This document shows positions 34,426 to 44,727 of a stretch of DNA of 64,000 nt, in pieces. The notes below the pieces were generated by a model. That model had not been told where the DNA came from. It was given only the letters and a program-made list of their open reading frames with translations, and ran no database searches. The stretch spans positions 320,001-384,000 of the forward strand of contig CAVRCJ010000006.1 of NCBI GenBank assembly GCA_963719515.1. The letters are read 5' to 3'. Every line of letters starts with the position of its first letter. The first letter of the stretch is position 1. The position numbers and the translations under genes were made by a program. This DNA comes from an uncultured cyanobacterium. GTDB taxonomy: Bacteria; Cyanobacteriota; Cyanobacteriia; CAKZMO01.

Positions 34426-34652
34426 TACGATCGGCGGTACCGATTTAGCTGTAACGTCAATTGTACGGAATATATGAGCTGAGGCTGAGTTGCTGTCACA
34501 GATTTGTTACAAAGACAACAGTTTTGCAGACAGCCCCGACAGCCTATTAGGATGCGCTAATTCCGCTAATATGAAGTGCTAAGAGCCAGACCCGCCAAGA
34601 TAATGTCCGCTTCTCGACAAGACCGTACCAGTAAGACCGTGCCAGCGAGACT

Positions 34653-35051
34653 ATGCCACTAATTGATGCCGTTGCCTGGGTATGCGTCCGCGATCGCCGC
34701 CTGCTGTGCGTGCTGTCACGGGGGAAAGGCGCCTATTTTTTGCCGGGGGGAAAGCGGGAACCCGGAGAGAACGACTGGGAAGCCCTGTCGCGAGAGGTGT
34801 GTGAGGAGGTGCAGGTGCGCCTGAAGCAGGAGAATTTCAAGTTTTTTGGCACCTACCGCGACCTCGCCCACGGCTACACGACCGGGCGGGAGGTGGAGCT
34901 GATCTGCTATACGGCCACCTACGAGGGCAACCCGGCACCCAGCCGGGAAATTGAGCTAGTGGATTGGATTATCCACCGCGATCGCCACCGCTGTGCGCTG
35001 CTGACGAAACAAATTTTAGACGAGCTTTACCTCAAGAATTTAGTTGATTGA
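34653..35051 (+). CDS. NUDIX hydrolase
   Basis: Nudix box PGGKREPGENDWEALSREVCEE. Confidence 0.92.
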   Translation: MPLIDAVAWVCVRDRRLLCVLSRGKGAYFLPGGKREPGENDWEALSREVCEEVQVRLKQENFKFFGTYRDLAHGYTTGREVELICYTATYEGNPAPSREIELVDWIIHRDRHRCALLTKQILDELYLKNLVD

Positions 35052-35129
35052 CTATTGTCAAGCCCGATGGCGCATCGCAAAGGCCGCCTGACGTCTACTT
35101 TTCCTAGCTCCGCTCAATTTCTAACACCC

Positions 35130-35728
35130 ATGCCCATTCCCGTTCCTACCCGCCCCAGCGGCTATCGCATTGGCTCTGGCGATGCTCCAGTACAAGTCGA
35201 GGTCTTCCTGGATATAGAATGTCCGTTTTCTAAAAGGCCTGGCCGACTATGCTGGCGCTGGCTAAGCTGGCGCTGGCCAACTCGGAAAACGCCCAGCTTG
35301 CAGTCACGGCACATATCATCGTGCTGTGCGATCACCGCCAGAGCTGGGATTTGACCAAGACGCTGACCGAGATTGCGGGGACTGATGCGCCTAGAGGCTG
35401 GGCATTTATCAGCCATCTCTATCAGCACCAGCAGCGCTTTAGCAGCGAGGTCTTTCAAACCAAAACCCGGCAAGACCTGCTTCGTCTGATTGAGCGCTTG
35501 GCGGCAGAGTTCGATTCTGAACAACCTGCTCCTGATTTAGTCAATGCCGTCAGCAGCGATAGTGGCGCGATCGCCAATCGGGCCAAAGCCTCAATTCGCT
35601 ATGCCGCTAGCCGCGGGGTATGGTCAACCCCAACCTTCATCGTCAACGGTAGCGAAGTACCTCAGCTCGAATCGAGCGCTACGATTAGCGACTGGCAGAA
35701 ATTTTTGGCTTCTCTATCCTCTCCATGA
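35130..35728 (+). pseudogene. DsbA/thioredoxin-fold protein with a one-base frameshift
   Basis: FLDIECPFSK in one frame and AWPTML...STPTFIVNG in another; adding one A at 35232-35235 joins them. Confidence 0.8.
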
Positions 35729-35916
35729 CGAACACGACAAAGGCAGTGCCGCTATCAGGGCAAGTTTGGCGCGCTTGAGATTAGCGGCAACCAGCGCTGC
35801 CCACCTGGTCGCAAGCTACTTCAATGTCTGACGGATAAGCCCCGGTCGCCCGCCCGCACAACCGCGATCGCATAGCGGAGACGTAGTCTTTATCGCCAAG
35901 CCTCACTGGCAGCTGG

Positions 35917-36399
35917 CTAAAACTTCTCTACCTGGTCCATCAGGTGCTCCCCCGGAAACAGATCAATTCCGACAGCTGACTTCATCAAATAGGCCAGCAT
36001 AAAGATAAACAGGCTAATCAGCAGGTTAAGGCTTACCAACAGAAACACCGCCGCGACAAAGTTACCGACGCGCGTCAGCGAATTTGCCTGATACTGTCGC
36101 CGCCCCCGACGGCGATCCTTCCCCACAAATAGCACCACATAGAAGCGCGAGATCAGCAAATCCACCGTAAAGCGCAAGTCTACAATCTTGGGAGACGGCT
36201 TAGGGATCGCGATCGCCAGCAGCCGCTTCACCTCGCTCACCTGATGGGGATCTAAGCTACTGCGCACCTCGGAAGCCATATAGCCTAGGTAATCATCTAC
36301 CGTCGGAACCGTGCCGCGGGAGCGGGCAGGGTAGACTTTCTCAGACAGAACGCCATCGGCGCTATTCTCTGCGCCATGGCTCGTGGAAGATTGTGTCAT
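35917..36399 (-). CDS. Hypothetical membrane protein
   Basis: 160-aa ORF, VDLRF, C-terminal TM, YLMKSAVGIDLFP. Confidence 0.75.
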   Translation of the reverse strand: MTQSSTSHGAENSADGVLSEKVYPARSRGTVPTVDDYLGYMASEVRSSLDPHQVSEVKRLLAIAIPKPSPKIVDLRFTVDLLISRFYVVLFVGKDRRRGRRQYQANSLTRVGNFVAAVFLLVSLNLLISLFIFMLAYLMKSAVGIDLFPGEHLMDQVEKF

Positions 36400-36450
36400 C
36401 TGAATGAAGATAATGGGGTTATCGCGAGCAGATGCAGAGGGCAGTTGTCT

Positions 36451-36963
36451 CTAGGGCATCAAATTTGCTGCGCCAAGCGCTATGACATTCAGGTACGGCA
36501 TAAAGCCGTGAACCAGCCAGCCCAGAACCCCAGCCGACAGCGTGAACAGCGTCACTAGCGACGGGGCATATCGCAGGGGCAGGTCTAGGTGGCGCAGAAT
36601 CTGCTGGGTCTGCGATCGCCCCAAGGACAGGAGGTAAAACCAGATCATGGCCCCAAGCCACAGGGCGATCAGCGACGCTGCCCACAGCCGCGCATTAGAC
36701 TGAGGCAATGTGCCGCCTAGGCCAGCGGGCCAAGTCTTTTGTAGCGTAATAAGAGACATCGTCACAACTAGCCCAAAGTTGGCTAGCGCTATGCCGTCTC
36801 GCTCCACCTGAACGAGATAGATAACCAAGCCACTGACCCCGAGCCAGCCATACCAGGGCAGGGCAAAAGCGGCTAGCAGCCACCCTCCCCCTAGGGCGCC
36901 GAGCCACAGAATTGTCAAACTAATTGAAGGCAGCAGCGGTTTTGAGGCCTGTTGAAGCAGCAT
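36451..36963 (-). CDS. Hypothetical membrane protein
   Basis: 170-aa strongly hydrophobic ORF. Confidence 0.6.
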   Translation of the reverse strand: MLLQQASKPLLPSISLTILWLGALGGGWLLAAFALPWYGWLGVSGLVIYLVQVERDGIALANFGLVVTMSLITLQKTWPAGLGGTLPQSNARLWAASLIALWLGAMIWFYLLSLGRSQTQQILRHLDLPLRYAPSLVTLFTLSAGVLGWLVHGFMPYLNVIALGAANLMP

Positions 36964-37025
36964 ATTGGGCGGGGCGCGTCGCTTATACGGGAGACTAGGC
37001 CTATTGTTCCCGCAGCGCTGGGGTT

Positions 37026-37445
37026 TTATCGTTCGCTGTTCAATGTCCGAATGCGTCGGGACAGCAGACGAATAATGTTGATAGCGATCTCGGGGGTTTC
37101 GTCGATGGCTTCGTAGAGCTGCTGCTGGGTCAGCAAGAGGCAGTCACAGGCCTTGAGCGTTTTGATGGAGGCCGAGCGCGGCTCGGCGTCAAAGACGGCC
37201 ATTTCACCGAAGCAAGCCCCCTTTCCCAAGGTTGCCAGCACGCGATCGCGAATCTGCACGTTCACTTCGCCGGACACCACAATATAAAGCGATCGCCCCT
37301 CTTGGCCCTGGTCAAAGATGGTGTGTCCTGCCGGAAACCCGACTTCATCCATCACTGAGGCTAGCCGCACCAAAAAGTCGTCCCGCAACTCCTTAAACAG
37401 AGGCACCTCTCGGATGAACAGCAGTCGGTCAATACTGGCTAACAT
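37026..37445 (-). CDS. Stand-alone cyclic nucleotide-binding domain protein
   Basis: LYIVVSGEV, FGEMAVFDAEPRSAS. Confidence 0.92.
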   Translation of the reverse strand: MLASIDRLLFIREVPLFKELRDDFLVRLASVMDEVGFPAGHTIFDQGQEGRSLYIVVSGEVNVQIRDRVLATLGKGACFGEMAVFDAEPRSASIKTLKACDCLLLTQQQLYEAIDETPEIAINIIRLLSRRIRTLNSER

Positions 37446-37840
37446 AGAGAACTTAGAATTAGATCGAAAACTTAGGAGCGAAAGCTTAGAGCGAAGGGCG
37501 AGAAGGGCTGGAAAGCCCTAAGGAAGGTCAATGCGGATACCACACCAGAAAAGCGCTAGGTTAGCGGATCGGAACTACACTAGCGATAAGACCGAGAAAA
37601 TTCATCTCTGACACGTGCTGACTAGGGGGAGTTGGGTCTGTAAAGGGGAGGGGGCTAACTTCGGCGCACTGTCACGATGTAGCTGGCATGATATAGCTGT
37701 CGTGGTATAAACCGATGGTGAAAACCATTGACGGTGTGGTCATGATGTATATCATTTAACCTGAGCCGATGCAAATCGGCAGACTCTCGCTCGAAGTCCC
37801 TCAAGTCCCTCCATTGCTGTTGTCGGTATTGTAGACCCGT

Positions 37841-39397
37841 ATGCTCACGTTTTTGTCTGCCGCATCACTGCTACTTTCGCAAACTATTGCAGCCCCGCCC
37901 CGTCTTCCTAATCCCGATGCCTCCCGCTCCATCTCCCGTCAACAGGTGGTACGCCCTCTACCAGAGGAGCTAGACACCGTCCCGGTGTTTAACAGCAATA
38001 GCCCTGAGGTGGTGCAGTCCGAAGGCATCTTGCTCTCGACCTTTCCCCCGGAGGGTATGGCAGTTCCCTCGGCGCACCTAGACTTTGCCTTTGAAGACCG
38101 GTTCGATATTTTCACCCACCACATCGCCCGAGGCAGAACCCCAGATGATACCCGCACCCTGTTTCTCGGCGTCATGCTGTACAACCCTGGCGATCGCCCC
38201 GTGTCGGTGGAGGTGCTGCAGGGGGTCAGCTACCTCACCAACGAGGCCCCTTACCTAGACCTACCGGCCTACGTCGCCAACCCCTACGGCACGGTTTTCG
38301 CCGGACCGGGTAGCCGCACCATGAGCGATATGCTGCGGGGCGTGCGTCAGCCTAGCTTGCCCTCTAGGGTGACCATTCCGGCGGGCTATACCCATCTGTT
38401 GGTCAATGCCCCCATTCCCGTACGACGGCTCACGGTGCCGACTGACGGCACGCTGCTGCCGGGGCGGCTGATTCCCACGCCGCGTAAGACTGCGGCCTCA
38501 GCAGGGGTGGACGGTACATTAACCGATCTGGCGGCGCTGCGGCCTCAGCCTCCCGCCAATCGCTCCCTGCCGACTAACGGACGCTCGTCCCTGATGTATC
38601 TATCGAGCGATGGCCCTGTCCATGTGGCAAGTATGGCGATGTTTGCCTCGGTGGGCCCTGACGGCAATGAGCGCGTACCAACGCTCCCGGAGTGGCAGCG
38701 GCTTTTGCTGGGCCGTGGCCTAGCCGGTCCCCGAGACTATCCCCCGACGCCCCCTGACGCTCAGCAGTTCAGCCGCTTTTTCTATGGCCGGGTGGCTGGG
38801 GTTGCTCAAGGCTCTCAGTGGTCGACGACTCTCACGGATGACCCTAATAGCAGTGCGCTGCAAATTCCTGATGCCGGCGACTATCTCTCGTTTGTGCTGA
38901 GTACGGTGGATCACAATACCTTTGGCACTGAGCAAATTCAAAGTGCGCCGATCCTAGCGCGCTACCCTGACACCGCCTACCGGGCCCACGGCAACTACGG
39001 GGTGCGCTATGACCTGTCCTTGCCGCTGGTCAACGATAGCGATCGCACTAAGACGGTGGCCCTCTCTATTGAAACCCCAGTGCAAGATGAGTCCTCGGCT
39101 GACACCCTTAGTTTTCTTAATCCCCCCAGCGATCGCATTTTCTTTAGGGGAACGGTGCGCTTTCGCTATACCGACGACTGGAACCGGCAGCAGACCCGCT
39201 ACTTCCACCTGGTTCAGCGGCAGGGACAGATGGGTGAGCCGTTGGTGACCCTGCGGCTGCCGCCCCGCCTGCGCCGCACTGTTGAGGTTGAGTTTCTCTA
39301 TCCTCCCGATGCCACTCCGCCCCAGGTGTTGACCGTCCACACCCTGCCCGACACCATCGCCGAAGGCTCTCCTGAGCCAGAAGCCGCCCAAAGATGA
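37841..39397 (+). CDS. DUF3370-type secreted protein
   Basis: Signal-like N-terminus; VFNSNSPE, GILLSTFP, AHGNYGV, YPPDATPPQVLT. Confidence 0.85.
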   Translation: MLTFLSAASLLLSQTIAAPPRLPNPDASRSISRQQVVRPLPEELDTVPVFNSNSPEVVQSEGILLSTFPPEGMAVPSAHLDFAFEDRFDIFTHHIARGRTPDDTRTLFLGVMLYNPGDRPVSVEVLQGVSYLTNEAPYLDLPAYVANPYGTVFAGPGSRTMSDMLRGVRQPSLPSRVTIPAGYTHLLVNAPIPVRRLTVPTDGTLLPGRLIPTPRKTAASAGVDGTLTDLAALRPQPPANRSLPTNGRSSLMYLSSDGPVHVASMAMFASVGPDGNERVPTLPEWQRLLLGRGLAGPRDYPPTPPDAQQFSRFFYGRVAGVAQGSQWSTTLTDDPNSSALQIPDAGDYLSFVLSTVDHNTFGTEQIQSAPILARYPDTAYRAHGNYGVRYDLSLPLVNDSDRTKTVALSIETPVQDESSADTLSFLNPPSDRIFFRGTVRFRYTDDWNRQQTRYFHLVQRQGQMGEPLVTLRLPPRLRRTVEVEFLYPPDATPPQVLTVHTLPDTIAEGSPEPEAAQR

Positions 39398-39422
39398 CGC
39401 ATATCCATGCTGCCGCGCGGCC

Positions 39423-40703
39423 TTAGCGTACACCTTCCATCACCTCAGAGTTTCTGAACTTCCAGGCGGCCCCTAGCAGGCGAACCCAGTTGCGCTGTAC
39501 CTGCTTGGGCGTACAGTTGAGAATCTTGGCAATCTCGCGGTCGGTGGGCAGTCCCCCATCGCGATCGCGGATTTGCTGACGCTTGAGGTGTAGAAGCTGA
39601 CGCTGCTGAGGCTTGAGCTGGTCAAAGAACTGCTCCCACTGGCCTTCTGAAAGCCCTAGGTTTTGGTCGAGGTCGGCCCCCAGCCACTGATGCACCATTT
39701 GCCAGTTCCGCGAGCAGGAGAACTTCTCCACGTGGTACTTGAACCGCTGCTGGAGATAGTCCCGCTGGCGGGGAGTGAGGCCCAGCACTTCGTCGATTTC
39801 AGGGGCCGACAGGTCCTGCAGCTTTAGGGAAAGATAATCTAGGCAGTCCTGCTGGTCCTGCTCGGCGAGGTAGGCCATCAGCTCCGTTACCACCCGGTCC
39901 CGCAGCACGGCTTCGGAGGGGTCCACCGCGTCGGCCACCATTTGCTCTTTAACCTGCTGAACGATGGGGGAGCGGCTGTACATTTCCGCCTCTTCGCCGC
40001 GCCCTGATTCGACCGCCGCCTCAAAGTCCATGGAGGTCTCGCTGGGCTGCCGCTGGCAGAAGGCCTGGGCCCGCAGGACAACCAGCTGCTGGTTGCGCCG
40101 ACCGGGCAGGGAGATGCGCCGCTTGGCGTACTGCTCGGTGAAGGCCATATATTCCGATAGCTCAATGCGGCTGCGGGGGCGATAGGTCTCGGGCATCTCG
40201 TTTTCTCGCCGGAAGCTCTTGAGCACCTCAATATAGAACCCCTGCAGGAAGTCTTCAATCATGCTGTAGCGAGCCTGGAAGCCGTAGTTCCCTCGGCTGG
40301 GGGCGATGTGGCGATAGACCATAGCGCTGAGGCTGCTGTGCAGGTCAACCCGGCCTCGCTGCGACCCGGCGCGATAGTAGCCTAGGCATTTAGTCACCCG
40401 GTGCTGAGCCAGGGTCTCTTGCCAAGAGCGGATTTCTCCAGATTGCTGAATGCGATCGCTCTTGAGGCAGATGCGCTCAACCTCACGGGTGAGGCGGCGG
40501 GCAACGGACCTAACGCTGCTTGTAATCGAAGGAACGTCTTTCTTAAAGCCATCAATAATAAACTTATATAGGTACGATGCCTCAATATTCTCAGGGGGCG
40601 CTGCATCGGTACCGGTTGTATCAGGCTTATCCTCTAGTTTCGCGCTGTCAGCATTGGAAATGTTGGCGGAAGTGCGGATGTTCTCTTTGTATTCGGTAGT
40701 CAT
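39423..40703 (-). CDS. HetZ-related DNA-binding protein
   Basis: EVERICLKSDRIQ, EYMAFTEQYAKRRI, LGLTPRQRDYLQQRFKYH, C-terminal HTH. Confidence 0.85.
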   Translation of the reverse strand: MTTEYKENIRTSANISNADSAKLEDKPDTTGTDAAPPENIEASYLYKFIIDGFKKDVPSITSSVRSVARRLTREVERICLKSDRIQQSGEIRSWQETLAQHRVTKCLGYYRAGSQRGRVDLHSSLSAMVYRHIAPSRGNYGFQARYSMIEDFLQGFYIEVLKSFRRENEMPETYRPRSRIELSEYMAFTEQYAKRRISLPGRRNQQLVVLRAQAFCQRQPSETSMDFEAAVESGRGEEAEMYSRSPIVQQVKEQMVADAVDPSEAVLRDRVVTELMAYLAEQDQQDCLDYLSLKLQDLSAPEIDEVLGLTPRQRDYLQQRFKYHVEKFSCSRNWQMVHQWLGADLDQNLGLSEGQWEQFFDQLKPQQRQLLHLKRQQIRDRDGGLPTDREIAKILNCTPKQVQRNWVRLLGAAWKFRNSEVMEGVR

Positions 40704-41070
40704 GAGTTATATCCTTTGGTGATGCACGGACACTTGAGTCAGGCCTTGAAGTCAGTCCCTTTCAGGCGTCCTACACTTCAGACTGTATGAAATCGAACTG
40801 TGCCAATGTCGGTAAGCTGTGTCACTCTCTTAAGTAACTTGAACTCAGCTCATTGAGGCCTAATATTGGGGGCGGTTGGCAAACTGGCTCCAAGGCGTCA
40901 AAAGCCCGGTACCTATGCATCTCGTCGCTTTTTGTGCTCCTTGCCCCGCTGCTGAGCAGGCTCCCCCTAGCCCAAAAGTCCACTCCAATTCTCCAAGTGG
41001 TTCAGCTTGGCCAATAATTATTGTTGTGCGGACGGTGTGTCCGGTTTCCCGAATATGTAAATGAGGATCT

Positions 41071-42402
41071 ATGGCGATCGCCTATTTTGACTGTCCCACT
41101 GGAATTGCGGGAGACATGTGCCTGGGTGCCCTGCTTGATGCAGGTTTGCCCTTGTCCTACCTAGAAGAACAGCTTGCCCAGCTCGACATTCGTGGCGAGT
41201 TTAGTCTGGAGGTGGAAACCGTCCAGCGGCAGGGGCAGCAGGCGACGAAGCTGTGGGTAAGGCTCAGGGAGAACCGCCCAAAGCTTACGCATGACCATCA
41301 CCATTCAGGCCAGGTCAACGGGGATGCCCATGGGCATCCCCATACACACTCCCCAAGTCGCCATCTCCCCGAGATCCTTACCCTGATTGAGCAGAGCGAG
41401 CTGCCCCCTCGCGTCAAAGCCTGGAGCACAGAGGTTTTTCAAAAGCTCGCCCAAGCGGAGGCCCAGGTCCACGGCATTCCCGCTGAGCAGGTACACTTCC
41501 ATGAGGTGGGGGCCGTGGATGCCATCGTCGACATTGTAGGCACCTGCATCGCCCTAGACTGGTTTGATATCGAGCGGCTCTATTGCTCAGCGCTGCCCAC
41601 TGGGGGCGGCACCGTTAGCGCAGCCCACGGGCGACTGCCGGTGCCGGTGCCCGCCGTACTGCAGCTTTGGCAACAGCGTCAGGTTCCCGTCTATAGCAAC
41701 GGCATTCAGCGGGAGCTAGTGACCCCTACGGGCGCGGCGCTGATGGTGGCCTTGGCGACTGAGTTTGGCGGTCCTCCAGCGATGTCCCTGGAACGAGTAG
41801 GTTTGGGAGCCGGATCAGCGGCGCTGCCAATCCCAAACGCGCTGAGGGTGTGGATTGGCGAGGATAGCTCGGTCTCGCCGCCAGCAGCGTCTGCCCCAAC
41901 CCCGCTAGCTTTGGTAGCATCGCCAGCGCTGGGTGCCCTAGAGGCGATCGCCGTCCTTGAAACCCAGGTTGATGACCTCAGCCCGCAGGTGATTGGCTAT
42001 CTGTTTGAGCGCCTTCTGGGGGCCGGAGCCTTAGACGTGTTTACTCAAGCGATTGGCATGAAGAAGAGTCGCCCCGGCGTATTGATCAGCGTCGTCTGCC
42101 CTATAGAGCAGGTCAATATCTGCGAGCAGGTCCTCTTCCAAGAAACGTCAACTCTGGGGATACGCCGCCGAACGCAGCAGCGCACCATCCTGCAGCGAAG
42201 CAGCGACACTGTGGAAACCCCCTATGGCCCGGTAAGAATTAAAGTGGCCCGGTCTCGCGCAGACGGCCCGGTGGTCAATGTTCAGCCCGAATACGAAGAC
42301 TGCGCTCAGCTTGCCAGAGCGGCCAGCGTGCCGCTACGCAAGCTTCAGGAGCAGGCGCTGCAGTGCTGGCAGGCTAGCTACCCGGCAGACAAGCCCCAGT
42401 GA
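41071..42402 (+). CDS. larC: Nickel pincer cofactor biosynthesis protein LarC
   Basis: [15 protein letters not shown], His-rich loop, [26 protein letters not shown]. Confidence 0.95.
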   Translation: MAIAYFDCPTGIAGDMCLGALLDAGLPLSYLEEQLAQLDIRGEFSLEVETVQRQGQQATKLWVRLRENRPKLTHDHHHSGQVNGDAHGHPHTHSPSRHLPEILTLIEQSELPPRVKAWSTEVFQKLAQAEAQVHGIPAEQVHFHEVGAVDAIVDIVGTCIALDWFDIERLYCSALPTGGGTVSAAHGRLPVPVPAVLQLWQQRQVPVYSNGIQRELVTPTGAALMVALATEFGGPPAMSLERVGLGAGSAALPIPNALRVWIGEDSSVSPPAASAPTPLALVASPALGALEAIAVLETQVDDLSPQVIGYLFERLLGAGALDVFTQAIGMKKSRPGVLISVVCPIEQVNICEQVLFQETSTLGIRRRTQQRTILQRSSDTVETPYGPVRIKVARSRADGPVVNVQPEYEDCAQLARAASVPLRKLQEQALQCWQASYPADKPQ

Positions 42403-42431
42403 CTAGCGCTGCAAAGTAGGCCAGGGCGTCG

Positions 42432-42863
42432 CTAGGCAGACTTGAGCTGTTTGCAGAGCCTCAGCTCAGTCCCCTGAGAATTCCACTGCACGCAGTCAAA
42501 GACCTGATGCAAGATGTATAAACCGCGACCACATTCCCCTACTTCCTCGGGCATTTCGTGGCAGCGTTTCTTCACTGTGCTGGATGATGGAGCAAATCCG
42601 CCGCCTTGGTCAGACACAATCCACCAGTACTCATGGTTAAAAAAGAAGAACTGAACCATGACCGCTTTGCCGGGATCAAGCTTGTTGCCGTGTTTTGCCG
42701 CGTTCACCAATGCTTCTTGAAGACCGAGCCTGACCTCACATCGACACTGAGAGGGCACGTCGGCTAACAGTAGATCTAGAACGGGGCAGAGGTGAAGAGT
42801 CGAGGAGAAGCTCAGAGTTCCATATTTACGACCCAAATTTGGCCGCATTGCAACTGCAATCAC
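42432..42863 (-). CDS. pmgA: Anti-sigma factor-like regulator PmgA
   Basis: LSFSSTLHLCPVLDLLL, LGLQEALVNAAKHGN, ECGRGL. Confidence 0.88.
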   Translation of the reverse strand: MIAVAMRPNLGRKYGTLSFSSTLHLCPVLDLLLADVPSQCRCEVRLGLQEALVNAAKHGNKLDPGKAVMVQFFFFNHEYWWIVSDQGGGFAPSSSTVKKRCHEMPEEVGECGRGLYILHQVFDCVQWNSQGTELRLCKQLKSA

Positions 42864-43088
42864 GCTAGAACCTCACCAATACTGTAATTTTTCTAAGCCT
42901 TGAAATTGGCCTAGGTCAAGCTGACCAAAGCGTTCAGCCCACACTCATAATAACACAGGCATTTTGGTCGTCTCTAAGTTGACGAAGGCGTTTCTCTTGC
43001 CTGGTCTAGGATTTAGCCATTCTGACCAGTGATCTGCGCCGGGTGTAATGTGTGTTGTAGGTCACTTTTCAGGGAAAAGAATGACCAG

Positions 43089-44042
43089 TTACGGCTTTTC
43101 CTGGTCCACCGCCGCTCGCCGCAGCCGCAGCTGAACGTCCTCCATTACTTTGCGGTTCACCGACAGCAAATCGGCCACCAGTCCAAAAATCCACAGCTGC
43201 ACCCCCACCAAAATCAGCATCGCCGCTAAAATCAGGCTCGGCGCGCGGGCGCGGGTCGGGTCGTCGAACAAAAACAGGATTACCCACCGCAGCCCCAGCA
43301 GCAGCCCGGCCCCAAACGGCAGGCCTCCCAAAATCGTGAAGAACCGCATCGGACGGTACACCATAAAGATGCGGATGATAGTCAGGATCGAGCGCTGAAT
43401 ATAGCTGGGGATGCTCTTCACCAGCCGAGAAGGCCGCAGGTCGCCGTTGATGCGAATAGGGACTGAGGTAATCACCATGCCCTTGTGGCCAGCCTGGATG
43501 ATGGTCTCTAAGGTGTAGGTGTACTCATTGAACACGTTCATCTGCAGCGCTGCCGTGCGGCTGAGGGCACGAAAGCCGCTGGGGGCGTCGGGGATTTTGG
43601 TGTTGCTGGCTAGACGCACTACCCAGCTTCCCAAGCCCTGCAGCAGCTTTTTAATAGGCGAGAAGTGGGCAATATCGTGGATAGGTCGAGCGCCCACCAC
43701 GATCTCGGCCTCCCGCCGTAGGATAGGGGCGACCAGTTTGGGGATGTCGGCAGCGCAGTACTGATTGTCGGCGTCGGTGTTGACGATGATATCGGCCCCG
43801 GCCCGCAGGCAGGCTTCTAGTCCTGCCATAAAGCCCACCGCTAATCCTCGGTTGTGCTCGAAGCTAACGATATGGTCGACGCCGTAATTTTTCGCCACCT
43901 CCACGGTACGATCGCTGCTGCCGTCGTCGATCACCAGCCACTCCACTTCATCTATTCCTGGAACCTGGCGCGGCAGCTCGGCCAGGGTCGTGCCGAGGGT
44001 TGCCTCTTCGTTGTAGCAGGGGATCTGAATAATCAGCTTCAT
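43089..44042 (-). CDS. Glycosyltransferase family 2
   Basis: IQIPCYNEE, IDDGSSD, NTDADNQY, two C-terminal TM helices. Confidence 0.93.
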   Translation of the reverse strand: MKLIIQIPCYNEEATLGTTLAELPRQVPGIDEVEWLVIDDGSSDRTVEVAKNYGVDHIVSFEHNRGLAVGFMAGLEACLRAGADIIVNTDADNQYCAADIPKLVAPILRREAEIVVGARPIHDIAHFSPIKKLLQGLGSWVVRLASNTKIPDAPSGFRALSRTAALQMNVFNEYTYTLETIIQAGHKGMVITSVPIRINGDLRPSRLVKSIPSYIQRSILTIIRIFMVYRPMRFFTILGGLPFGAGLLLGLRWVILFLFDDPTRARAPSLILAAMLILVGVQLWIFGLVADLLSVNRKVMEDVQLRLRRAAVDQEKP

Positions 44043-44228
44043 CGCGTAGGCTCACTGTGCTTCACTCGTGGTGAGTCAAGTAGTTTTCGAGAGTATCGAA
44101 GCCCTCGCCTCAATAACGGTTCATTATCTAGTCCAAGTGACGCTACGGTAAAGCGAACGGACCCTTGGACTTAGATATGGCACGATGGGGCAACCTACCC
44201 CACGCTGCCGTGAGGCTTAATCAAGATC

Positions 44229-44666
44229 ATGCCCCAATCCTCATTGACCGATATCGCCCGACAGGCGCAGGCGATCGCGGCGGCTGAGACTGCCGTTGTT
44301 GCTCTAGCCGAAAAAAGCGGAGAGACCATATTCTACGCAGCGGCGGTTGGCAAACATGCTGAGGCGATCGTAGGAAAACGAAGCCAAGCGTCTACCTCAG
44401 GGCTCTGCGGTGCTGTCTTCGCTTCTGGGCAAGCGGAGCTGGTGTGTCACACTCGCGGCGATTTGCGGGTGCGGCAAGACTTAGCTGAGGCATTGGGCAT
44501 TACAACCGCTTTAGCGGCTCCTATTACTCGAGGCACACAGCTGTTGGGGGCGCTGATGGTGCTCAACCGGCAGGATGGCGGTGTCTTCGACGACGTGAGT
44601 AGAGGGGAGCTAACTGCCTATGCCGAGGCTTTGGCAGAAAGTTTTTGGCGGGAAGTACAGTCTTAG
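44229..44666 (+). CDS. Stand-alone GAF domain protein
   Basis: GLCGAVF, ALAAPI, GALMVLNRQDG..F. Confidence 0.8.
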   Translation: MPQSSLTDIARQAQAIAAAETAVVALAEKSGETIFYAAAVGKHAEAIVGKRSQASTSGLCGAVFASGQAELVCHTRGDLRVRQDLAEALGITTALAAPITRGTQLLGALMVLNRQDGGVFDDVSRGELTAYAEALAESFWREVQS

Positions 44667-44727
44667 CGGGCGATAATCTTGGCGGGTGGTTGGTCAGAGT
44701 TCAAAGTATGCGTGACATCCTCCCCCG

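Noticed and set aside
37747..37760. NtcA-like GTA-N8-AAC upstream of the DUF3370 gene
   Set aside because: Imperfect site with no -10 box at the expected spacing.
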